DNA from: Candidatus Nanopelagicaceae bacterium
Lineage (GTDB): Bacteria; Actinomycetota; Actinomycetes; Nanopelagicales; Nanopelagicaceae
Length of the DNA: 64,000 bases
Direction: 5' to 3'
NCBI GenBank assembly: GCA_049451055.1
Contig: JBMTVF010000001.1
Coordinates: forward strand, 33,508-97,507
The stretch's first letter is position 1. Each line of letters opens with the position of its first letter. Made by a program: the position numbers and the translations under genes. The notes beneath the pieces are model-generated. The model had not been told where the DNA came from. It did not search any database and saw only the letters and a program-made list of their open reading frames with translations. Shown in pieces: positions 56,356-64,000 of the stretch.

Positions 56356-57852
56356 GTGGCAAAACGCGAGAGCAAAACCGGACCTAAACCCGGAGAATTT
56401 GCTGGCAAAATCGTTGATATTGATGTCTCGAATGAATTATCTGATTCATTTTTAGAGTATGCATACTCGGTTATTTATTCACGTGCACTTCCAGATGCTC
56501 GGGATGGACTTAAGCCGGTGCAGCGTCGAATCCTGCACCAAATGTCAGAGATGGGATTACGCCCTGATCGTGGCCACGTTAAGAGCGCGCGTGTGGTTGG
56601 TGAAGTGATGGGAAAACTTCATCCTCATGGTGACGGCGCTATCTATGACGCACTTGTTCGCATGGCGCAACCTTTTTCGATGAGATTGCCACAAATTGAT
56701 GGTCATGGAAATTTTGGCTCCCTCGATGCAGGGCCTGCTGCAATGCGCTACACCGAAGCGAGATTAGCTCCAGCGGCACAAGTAATGGTGGATGAGGTAG
56801 ATGAAGATACTGTTGATTTTGGTGCAAATTACGACGGGCAAATCCTCGAACCGACTGTACTTCCCGCCGCTTTTCCAAATCTATTGGTAAACGGCGCAAC
56901 TGGCATTGCAGTTGGAATGGCAACAAATATGGCTCCTCATAACCTAGTAGAAGTTGTCTCAGCCGCAATTCACCTAATCGAAAATCCAAACGCGACAGTC
57001 AAGCAATTGATGAAACATATTCCTGGCCCGGATTTCCCGACCGGAGGAACACTTATTGGTAAAGAAGGATTGGTCGAGGCCTACCAAACTGGAAAAGGCG
57101 CTTTTAAAGTTAGAGCTAAATCTGAAATTGGAAAAGTCTCAGCAAGAAAACAAGGCATAACAATTACAGAATTACCGTTTAACGTCGGTCCCGAGAAGAT
57201 TGTTGAGCGTATAAGCGATCTTGTGAAGGGAAAGAAGATTCAAGGGATATCTGACATTATTGATCTAACTGATGGCCAAAATGGAACTAAAGTTGTAATT
57301 GAAGTTAAGAACGGTTTCGAGCCGGAAAAAGTTCTAGAGAATCTCTACCGGCTATCACCCATAGAGGATGCATTCTCTATCAACGCAGTTGCTCTTGTCG
57401 GAGGCAAGCCGCGAACTCTTGGATTAAAGGAGCTCCTGCAAGTATTTATTGACCATCGTATTGAAGTAGTTACCAGGCGCTCCAAATTTAGAAAAGCGAA
57501 AGCTTCGGATCGATTAAATCTAGTTGATGGACTTCTGAAGGCAATCTTGGACATAGATAAAGTGGTGAAGATTGTGCGAGGAAGTGATGATGCCTCTTCT
57601 GCCAAAGCGGCTTTGATTAAGGCCTTTAAGCTAACCGATGAACAAGCCAATCACATCCTCGATATGCCTCTTAGGCGTCTCACAAAAATGTCAAAAGTAG
57701 AGCTAGAAACTGAACAAAAAAGTTTAAAGAGTGAAATTTCCATGTTGACGACGCTTCTGAAGAATGATGAAGCGCTACGAAAAAAAGTTTCAGAAGAGCT
57801 TAAGGAAGTTTCAACCAAGTTTGCAACTCCGCGCAAAACTGTAATTCTTTAA
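56356..57852 (+). CDS. parC: Type IIA topoisomerase A subunit (ParC/GyrA-like), breakage-reunion domain only, no C-terminal beta-pinwheel domain
   Basis: YSVIYSRALPDARDGLKPVQRRIL, HPHGD, the catalytic Tyr in AAMRYTEARL, and tower and coiled-coil regions. It ends at ...FATPRKTVIL*, the point where GyrA59-type fragments end. The start is set to GTG 56356, after the psuK stop. Confidence 0.85.
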   Translation: MAKRESKTGPKPGEFAGKIVDIDVSNELSDSFLEYAYSVIYSRALPDARDGLKPVQRRILHQMSEMGLRPDRGHVKSARVVGEVMGKLHPHGDGAIYDALVRMAQPFSMRLPQIDGHGNFGSLDAGPAAMRYTEARLAPAAQVMVDEVDEDTVDFGANYDGQILEPTVLPAAFPNLLVNGATGIAVGMATNMAPHNLVEVVSAAIHLIENPNATVKQLMKHIPGPDFPTGGTLIGKEGLVEAYQTGKGAFKVRAKSEIGKVSARKQGITITELPFNVGPEKIVERISDLVKGKKIQGISDIIDLTDGQNGTKVVIEVKNGFEPEKVLENLYRLSPIEDAFSINAVALVGGKPRTLGLKELLQVFIDHRIEVVTRRSKFRKAKASDRLNLVDGLLKAILDIDKVVKIVRGSDDASSAKAALIKAFKLTDEQANHILDMPLRRLTKMSKVELETEQKSLKSEISMLTTLLKNDEALRKKVSEELKEVSTKFATPRKTVIL

Positions 57853-59924
57853 GCGTCAATCCGCTCTCTATCAACATCTGCTGCTGAAATAAAATCTTTA
57901 CGAGGCGCTACCTCATTGCCCATCAACAATTCAAATAGTTTTTCAGCGTCTGAGGCATCACTAATTGTGATCCGGCGCAATGTGCGGTGGTCTGGGTCCA
58001 TAGTTGTCTCGCGTAGTTGATCTGCATCCATTTCACCTAGGCCTTTGTATCGCTGAATTGGCTCTCGCCATTTCTTACCCTGCTTTTTTAATTCGGCAAG
58101 ACGTTTTTTCATCTCATCATCAGAGTAGGTGTAGTGGAACTCGCCCTTCTTGCCCCCTGAACCAAGAACCTCGATCCGATGCAAGGGCGGGATGGCGGCA
58201 AATACTCGTCCATCGGTAATTAGTGGCTGCATATATCTATAGATCAAGGTGAGAAGAAGGCATCGAATATGAGCTCCATCGACATCAGCATCAGACATAA
58301 GAATGATTCGACCATATCGCACATCTTCTATGTTGAATGATTTGCCTGAGCCTGCGCCGATTACTTGGATAATGGCTGCGCACTCTGCGTTGTCAAGCAT
58401 TTGGGATAGTGACGCTTTTTGGACATTCAAAATTTTTCCACGAATTGGCAGGATTGCCTGGTATTCCGAGTTCCGAGCGGCTTTTGTGGTCCCAAGTGCT
58501 GATTCACCTTCAACAATAAATAATTCAGTTCGCGAAACATCTTCCGATCTACAATCCGATAATTTCGCGGGTAACGATGAGCTTTCCAAGGCATTTTTAC
58601 GACGTTGCAATTCTTTATGAGCTCTTGTCGAAATTCTTGTTCTGGCCGCGTTTGCAACTTTCTCCAAAACTAGACGTCCAGTTGCCTTATCAATTCTCTT
58701 GTTTGAAGTAAAGAAATTCTTTAGTTCGTCAGAAACTACTTGATTTACTATTTTGGCTACAGCCGGGGTTCCTAAAACTTCTTTAGTTTGACCTTCAAAT
58801 TGCGGTTCTTGCATGCGCACAGTTATCACGCCAGTTAGACCTTCAAGTATGTCATCCTTAATTACATCGGGCTCATTCTTTTTGAGCGTTCCGCTACTCC
58901 GCAAAAATTCATTGATAGATTTTGTTAATCCCCGCTCAAAGCCCTGAACGTGTGTTCCGCCTTTAGGCGTCGCAATGATGTTTACAAATGATCGAATCGT
59001 TGTTTCATAACCATTTCCCCAGCGAATGGCGATATCTACATCCATATCCCGCTCAACATCTTTAGGCTCTAGATGACCCTTATCGTCAAGTACTGGGACT
59101 GTCTCTTGATAGTGCCCTTTGCCGGTCAGTCGAATTACTTCCCCTACGGCCGAATCCGGTTGAATAAAATTACAATACTCAGAGATGCCACCTTTATGAA
59201 TAAAGCTCTCGCTAGTTTTATCTTTGGTTCGCTTATCATTAACAATCAGAGTTAACCCTGGAACTAAGTATGAAGTCTGGCGCGCTCGAGCATAAATCTC
59301 CTCGAGATCGTATTGGGAATCCTTGATGAATATCTGCTTATCCGCCCACCATTTAATTCTGGTGCCAGTTATTTTGGATGATACTTTCCCGATAACACGT
59401 AACCCCGATTGCGCTTTAAAATCTGCATTTGGGCCATCCCCATCAAAAATTCCAGCCACACCACGTTTAAATGACATCCAATAAATCTTGCCGCCTCTAT
59501 CCACTTCAACATCAAGTCGCGAAGCAAGTGCATTCACTACAGATGCACCAACTCCATGTAAGCCCCCCGTGGCCGCATATGAACCGCCACCAAATTTTCC
59601 ACCAGCGTGTAGTTTGGTCATGACTACTTCAACGCCGGTTAATCCGGTCTTTGGCTCTTTATCAATCGGGATACCTCGTCCATCATCATGAACTTCAATA
59701 GAGCCGTCACGTTCTAAATTAATTTCAATTTTCTTACAATGACCCGCGAGAGCTTCGTCCACGGAGTTATCGATAATTTCCCAAAGGCAGTGCATGAGGC
59801 CTCGACCATCGGTAGAACCGATGTACATGCCGGGACGTTTTCTGACGGCATCGAGTCCCTCGAGAACTGAGAGATCTTTTGCGGTGTAACTATTCTCAAC
59901 AGACCGCGAATCGTTTTCAACCAC
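57849..59924 (-). CDS. parE: Type IIA topoisomerase B subunit (ParE/GyrB-like)
   Basis: GHKL ATPase (EIIDNSVDEA, GGLHGVGASVVN), Toprim (EGESA, PIRGKILN, MSDADVDGAHI) and a QRYKGLGEM tail. 691 aa. Confidence 0.93.
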   Translation of the reverse strand: MVENDSRSVENSYTAKDLSVLEGLDAVRKRPGMYIGSTDGRGLMHCLWEIIDNSVDEALAGHCKKIEINLERDGSIEVHDDGRGIPIDKEPKTGLTGVEVVMTKLHAGGKFGGGSYAATGGLHGVGASVVNALASRLDVEVDRGGKIYWMSFKRGVAGIFDGDGPNADFKAQSGLRVIGKVSSKITGTRIKWWADKQIFIKDSQYDLEEIYARARQTSYLVPGLTLIVNDKRTKDKTSESFIHKGGISEYCNFIQPDSAVGEVIRLTGKGHYQETVPVLDDKGHLEPKDVERDMDVDIAIRWGNGYETTIRSFVNIIATPKGGTHVQGFERGLTKSINEFLRSSGTLKKNEPDVIKDDILEGLTGVITVRMQEPQFEGQTKEVLGTPAVAKIVNQVVSDELKNFFTSNKRIDKATGRLVLEKVANAARTRISTRAHKELQRRKNALESSSLPAKLSDCRSEDVSRTELFIVEGESALGTTKAARNSEYQAILPIRGKILNVQKASLSQMLDNAECAAIIQVIGAGSGKSFNIEDVRYGRIILMSDADVDGAHIRCLLLTLIYRYMQPLITDGRVFAAIPPLHRIEVLGSGGKKGEFHYTYSDDEMKKRLAELKKQGKKWREPIQRYKGLGEMDADQLRETTMDPDHRTLRRITISDASDAEKLFELLMGNEVAPRKDFISAADVDRERIDA

Positions 59925-60107
59925 GACTGGGAAGGGTATCTCCCGAATTCCCGCATACCGGGATTACGCGCCGAATTTGCTGTGAATTTATGCATAAACC
60001 TGATTACGGCAATTTTCTTGGCTGAAAATCTTCGATTTCAGAGATTTCATCCTGCGGGGAATAAAGTTGAGATGGTTTGATGTTCCCCTGACCTAAGGAA
60101 AGGCAGG

Positions 60108-60329
60108 ATGATGACCGAAAACGTAGTCCTCGATACCGCACCACTAAATGCGCTAGACCGCTGCGATAGATGCGGCGCCCAAGCATATGTACGTGCCGTA
60201 ATGTCAAACGGATTCGAGTTACTTTTTTGTGGTCACCATGCCAAGAAATACCAAGAAGGTCTTAATGCCTCAGCGAAGCGCATTCAAGATGAGACGGACC
60301 GTCTTATCGAAGGATCACCGGCTCGATAA
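60108..60329 (+). CDS. Small conserved actinobacterial Cys/His protein (putative zinc-binding)
   Basis: 73 aa with CDRCGAQAYV...LLFCGHH (C-x2-C ... C-x-H-H). It lies near parE and sigA as in other Actinobacteria. Function unknown. Confidence 0.6.
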   Translation: MMTENVVLDTAPLNALDRCDRCGAQAYVRAVMSNGFELLFCGHHAKKYQEGLNASAKRIQDETDRLIEGSPAR

Positions 60330-61647
60330 TTCGATTCAATTTACTTGGACGATTAGTCAGAGATTCCTCGCGGTCTGACATTGTGCTTAGATAAATTAAT
60401 GCATTTACCCCGATAAATCTTATGGGTTCTGGCTCCCAATTTCTTATGGGCTTATTTACAAAATGAAGATTGCGAAGGGGAGAATCTAGTTCAAGCACTT
60501 CGTGCGCCATAATTTTTCCAGCAAGATGACTCATGGTCACGCCATCTCCAGCGTATCCGCCAAGTTTTCCAAATCCTGATTTCCGGTCAAATTGGAGATA
60601 CGGCTCCCAATCGCGAGTTATCGCAACGGCACCTCCCCATTTATGAGTGAATTCCACATTCTCAAGAATGGGGAACCATGACTTTGCTAGATCGATTAAT
60701 CGCTGGTGCACGCTTTTGTTAAACTCACGAGAATCTTGGAGTCTCGAACCAAATGGTGAAGTTGCTCCTCTTCCTCCAATTGCCAAGCGATTATCAATAG
60801 TTCGTTGCGCATAATTTATTACATGGGAATTCTCTGCAAATGTAAATCGCTCTGTATTTCCGATTTCACGCCAAGTGGCCTTTGTGAGCGGCTCAGTTGC
60901 CACCATTAGAGAGTAGAGCGGAATAAAGCTTCGATTCGCCTCTCCATAAACTTCGGTAGCCTGGACAACAACTGGAGCAGATATGAAGAAACTTCTTGCC
61001 AGAACTCCCCCATCCACTCTCGTTGCAAAGGAATTTGTGAATATAGAAATTCCTTTTTTGTTGAGAAACTTCGCCAGTCCTTGTAACAAGTTGTAGGGAT
61101 GCACGGTTGCGCACTCGGGGTTGAATCTGCCGGCAAGCGCACCATTAATTCCAATTAGTTCTTCAAGTGATTTTTTGCTAATCCACTCTCCACTCTCAGG
61201 TTTGGCTCTTAGACGTCTTAATTGGCCTTCGTTTCGAGCGAAATAGAGGCTTCCCGATTTTATAAAACCTGAGTTTGGCGAATATTTTTTTGCAAATTTA
61301 CCAATTTCATCAATGGACTGGCTTAAGGCTGAGAAGAGCCTCTCGGTTGAAGTTGCTCCGATTTTACGAGTCAGAGTCTTCTTGGAGACGGGATATTCAG
61401 ATGAAGCCCAACCGCCATTTCTTCCACTCGCACCAAAGCCAATTTCGCGCGCTTCAAAAATAGCAATTCGAAGAGAAGGGTCAAGCTCATTTAGATGAAA
61501 TGCGCTCCAAAGACCGGAAAAGCCACCACCAATAATTACGACATCAAAATCTAAATTTGAATCTAGGGACTTACCCTTAAATCTCTCTTTTGAATCAGCC
61601 CAGAGAGAGTTATTAGCCTTGGAATCCAGCATCTCGGTGCGATCCAT
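60304..61647 (-). CDS. FAD-dependent oxidoreductase (DAO family)
   Basis: FDVVIIGGGFSGLWSAFHL dinucleotide fold, 447 aa. The start may be Met-6 at 61632. Confidence 0.8.
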   Translation of the reverse strand: MDRTEMLDSKANNSLWADSKERFKGKSLDSNLDFDVVIIGGGFSGLWSAFHLNELDPSLRIAIFEAREIGFGASGRNGGWASSEYPVSKKTLTRKIGATSTERLFSALSQSIDEIGKFAKKYSPNSGFIKSGSLYFARNEGQLRRLRAKPESGEWISKKSLEELIGINGALAGRFNPECATVHPYNLLQGLAKFLNKKGISIFTNSFATRVDGGVLARSFFISAPVVVQATEVYGEANRSFIPLYSLMVATEPLTKATWREIGNTERFTFAENSHVINYAQRTIDNRLAIGGRGATSPFGSRLQDSREFNKSVHQRLIDLAKSWFPILENVEFTHKWGGAVAITRDWEPYLQFDRKSGFGKLGGYAGDGVTMSHLAGKIMAHEVLELDSPLRNLHFVNKPIRNWEPEPIRFIGVNALIYLSTMSDREESLTNRPSKLNRIIEPVILR

Positions 61648-61801
61648 CGCAGAATGGTTTTTCTTTGGAATGACCGCAACGACAGAGTGAGAAATTCTCT
61701 TTTGTATCTACTATTTTTCCTTCGCTATCAACGAAATCGACTTTGCCGGTTACCCTTATTGAACCATTTGGCTTAACAAAGATTTTAGCCCGCTCTTCCA
61801 T
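61613..61801 (-). CDS. CDGSH iron-sulfur domain mini-protein
   Basis: CRCGHSKEKPFCDGSH fits C-x-C-x2-S-x3-P-x-C-D-G-S-H exactly. 62 aa. Confidence 0.85.
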   Translation of the reverse strand: MEERAKIFVKPNGSIRVTGKVDFVDSEGKIVDTKENFSLCRCGHSKEKPFCDGSHRDAGFQG

Positions 61802-61810
61802 TTGTAACTC

Positions 61811-63202
61811 CTAGTCTAGGTAGTCGCGTAGTACTTGAGATCGCGACGGGTGTCGCAATTTTGACATCGTCTTTGATTCAATTTGCCGAATTCGTTCGCG
61901 AGTGACTCCGTAAACTTTTCCAATTTCATCCAATGTCTTCGGTTGTCCATCAGTTAAGCCAAAACGCATAGCCACGACTCCCGCTTCGCGCTCTGAGAGG
62001 GTATCTAAAACGGAGTGAAGTTGTTCTTGGAGCAATGTGAAGGAGACTGCATCTGCAGGAACAATCGCTTCCGAATCTTCGATCAGATCGCCAAATTCAG
62101 AGTCACCTTCTTCTCCCAGCGGAGTGTGAAGTGAAATTGGCTCTCGTCCATATTTTTGGACTTCCACGACCTTTTCTGGGGTCATATCCAATTCTTTAGC
62201 CAATTCTTCCGGCGTCGGCTCCCGACCAAGATCTTGGAGCATCTGACGCTGAACTCGCGCTAATTTATTTATTACTTCTACCATATGAACCGGAATACGA
62301 ATCGTTCGTGCTTGATCTGCCATGGCTCGAGTAATTGCCTGGCGAATCCACCAAGTGGCATACGTCGAGAATTTGTAACCTTTGGTGTAATCAAATTTCT
62401 CGACTGCGCGAATTAGGCCGAGATTTCCCTCTTGGATTAAGTCGAGGAATAGCATTCCACGTCCGGTATATCTCTTAGCAAGTGAGACCACCAAACGTAA
62501 GTTCGCTTCTAAAAGGTGATTCTTAGCGATTCTGCCATCATGAGCAATCAATTCAAGCTCTCTACGGTTCGATCTCTCTAGCTTCTCCCCCGAATTAAGT
62601 TTCTCTTCGGCGAAGAGTCCAGCTTCAATACGCATTGCTAGCTCTACTTCTAATTCTGCGTTGAGAAGTGCGACCCTGCCAATTTGTTTTAAATAATCCT
62701 TCACTGGGTCTGCGGTCGCGCCCGCGGTTAAAACCGTTTGAGGAGGCGCGTCATCTTCTTCTGAATCTTTGAGGGTAAATTCGCCCTCTTCTTGCTTGGC
62801 TTCCTCGGTTAGGTTAACCACACGTACATCGGATTGGGCCTCACCAGTCTCTTCACCGGTCTCCGCAACTAGTTTTTCTAAATCTTCTAATTCAACTTCT
62901 TCAAGCTCAACTTCTTCGCCATCAATCTTTACGACTTTTTTACTCTGAGGTTTTTCTAGAACTGGAGATTTACTAGCAGATTTCATCGCCTCTAATTCAG
63001 CTTTTGAAGGAAAGAGTCTTGGCCCTTTAGGTTTATCATCTTTACTCTTTACAGCAGCGCGAGCTGCCTTCATAGCTTCTAATTCTGCTTTAGTTGGAAA
63101 AAGTCTTGGACCAGATTTTTTCTTATCTTTACTCTTTGCTTTTTTCACGGCGCTCTTCGATGAAGCCTTCTGGCCTTTTTTGGGCGCACGAGATAGCGGC
63201 AC
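61811..63202 (-). CDS. sigA: Principal RNA polymerase sigma factor (SigA/HrdB-type)
   Basis: Regions 1.2-4.2 are present ([83 protein letters not shown]). It has a Lys/Ala/Pro-rich N-terminal extension and a GTG start. Confidence 0.95.
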   Translation of the reverse strand: MPLSRAPKKGQKASSKSAVKKAKSKDKKKSGPRLFPTKAELEAMKAARAAVKSKDDKPKGPRLFPSKAELEAMKSASKSPVLEKPQSKKVVKIDGEEVELEEVELEDLEKLVAETGEETGEAQSDVRVVNLTEEAKQEEGEFTLKDSEEDDAPPQTVLTAGATADPVKDYLKQIGRVALLNAELEVELAMRIEAGLFAEEKLNSGEKLERSNRRELELIAHDGRIAKNHLLEANLRLVVSLAKRYTGRGMLFLDLIQEGNLGLIRAVEKFDYTKGYKFSTYATWWIRQAITRAMADQARTIRIPVHMVEVINKLARVQRQMLQDLGREPTPEELAKELDMTPEKVVEVQKYGREPISLHTPLGEEGDSEFGDLIEDSEAIVPADAVSFTLLQEQLHSVLDTLSEREAGVVAMRFGLTDGQPKTLDEIGKVYGVTRERIRQIESKTMSKLRHPSRSQVLRDYLD

Positions 63203-63299
63203 AAATTGTCCTTTGCTTTTCTGCTAACGGATTGTTAGCTCTCTGCCACTAGGTGGCTATGGCTATATTATAAATTGTCCACAGCCTAAATAGCACTTT

Positions 63300-64000
63300 T
63301 TAGGCCCGTTCTAGGGCCAATTCGAGGGCCTCACGCACAGCTAGTCCTACCTGGTCAACTTCAATCAGGAATCCATCATGGCCAAATGGCGAGGAAATCT
63401 GGCGGAGCGGCAGAGCTTTCGGGGTCAGATGCACAATCTCCTCTTGCAGACGCGGTGGGAAAAGTCGATCGGTGTCGATCGAGACTACGACAATAGAAGC
63501 TTCGACCTTGGCTAGAGCAGCTCCCACGCCACCGCGATCTCGACCAACGTCGTGGGTCATCATTACAGTCTCAAGTGAAATGTAAGTGTTGGCGTCAAAT
63601 CTTTTGGCAAGTTTGTTGGCTTGATGATCTAGATATGAGGTCACAGCAAAGCGACCGGAGCCATCACCTTGGAGATCTCTTCCAAATCTAGTGTCCATCT
63701 CATATTCAGTCCTATAGGAGAGATGAGCAATTTTGCGAGCTATTCCCATGCCTTCTATTGGCCCTTTTGCTGATTCGTAATAATCGCCACCCAGAAAGTT
63801 TGGGTCGGCTTTTATTGCGTGTATTTCGGTACTCCAAACTCCAATTTGATCTCCAGTAGCTACTGCAGAAGAGCCAATCGTACATACGCTCAAGACACGA
63901 TCTGGATAAGTAACAGCCCACTCTAGAGATCGCATTCCGCCTAGTGATGGTCCAACTGCTAGCAAATATCGATTAATTCCAAGGCGGTTTGAAAGTTCTA
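63300..64000 (-). CDS. metX: Homoserine O-acetyltransferase, C-terminal part (gene runs off the window end)
   Basis: Hand translation upstream of the tracked ORF continues in frame to the edge (ELSNRLGINRYLLAVGPSLGGMRSLEWAV). It has the GxSxGG nucleophile elbow and a C-terminal SPFGHDGFL motif. Confidence 0.85.
   Translation of the reverse strand, partial: ELSNRLGINRYLLAVGPSLGGMRSLEWAVTYPDRVLSVCTIGSSAVATGDQIGVWSTEIHAIKADPNFLGGDYYESAKGPIEGMGIARKIAHLSYRTEYEMDTRFGRDLQGDGSGRFAVTSYLDHQANKLAKRFDANTYISLETVMMTHDVGRDRGGVGAALAKVEASIVVVSIDTDRLFPPRLQEEIVHLTPKALPLRQISSPFGHDGFLIEVDQVGLAVREALELALERA

Noticed and set aside
59925-60107. 183-bp spacer between parE and the small Cys/His gene, examined for an sRNA or small ORF, including tracked ORF 60004..60207
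   Set aside because: I found only weak inverted repeats (CTGAAAATC/GATTTCAG; CCCG-catac-CGGG). The 67-aa ORF overlaps the Cys/His gene start and has no coding-like features. The spacer is most simply a divergent promoter region.
63203-63299. Small hairpins (GCCAC-cta-GTGGC, CTAAC-aatcc-GTTAG) and a TATAAT hexamer upstream of sigA
   Set aside because: The stems are only 5 bp, and I could not pair the TATAAT with a convincing -35 or TSS. The evidence is too weak to call a promoter or leader structure.
1-64000. Search for CRISPR arrays, tRNA/rRNA genes, transposases, integrases, toxin-antitoxin pairs or phage/defence genes
   Set aside because: No spacer-repeat periodicity, cloverleaf-like GC-rich segments or recognisable mobility or defence protein motifs appeared in any tracked ORF or in the spacers over 100 bp. 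A hand scan cannot exclude short or degenerate elements.

Overview
This is an AT-rich, very tightly packed chromosomal segment whose gene content and order are actinobacterial. I infer a streamlined lineage such as freshwater acI/Nanopelagicales, but that cannot be verified without a database.

Layout:
- 1-16.1 kb (minus strand): a complete dcw division and cell-wall cluster, sepF(partial)-yggS-pgeF-ftsZ-ftsQ-murC-murG-ftsW-murD-mraY-murF-murE-ftsI-ftsL-rsmH-mraZ. A GC-rich structured RNA sits between mraZ and rsmH, and a 10-bp-phased repeat array sits upstream of mraZ.
- 16.7-21.4 kb: a LexA-box-controlled orf95-dnaE2-dinB cassette with no imuA/imuB.
- 21.4-33.6 kb: small membrane proteins plus two carotenoid gene sets. 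One is a tailoring set (crtA-like, cruF-like, GT2, crtD-like). The other is the core set (crtE-crtI-crtB and a split lycopene cyclase) built around the conserved metF/idsA locus.
- 33.6-34.9 kb: TPP riboswitch, PnuC-family transporter and a P-loop kinase.
- 34.9-48.2 kb: PASTA Ser/Thr kinase, nfo, ltaE, ogt, class II DAHP synthase, pfk, Fe-S photolyase-like protein, glgC/glgA and era.
- 48.2-64 kb: a decayed dprA remnant, rnhB-lepB-rplS, sepH, psuG/psuK, a type IIA topoisomerase A subunit lacking its C-terminal domain (convergent with parE), sigA and metX(partial).

I saw no rRNA, tRNA, CRISPR, transposase, integrase or phage genes. Only seven spacers exceed 100 bp, and all eight convergent gene junctions overlap. 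All family assignments come from motifs I recognise in the supplied translations or in my own hand translations; no searches were run.
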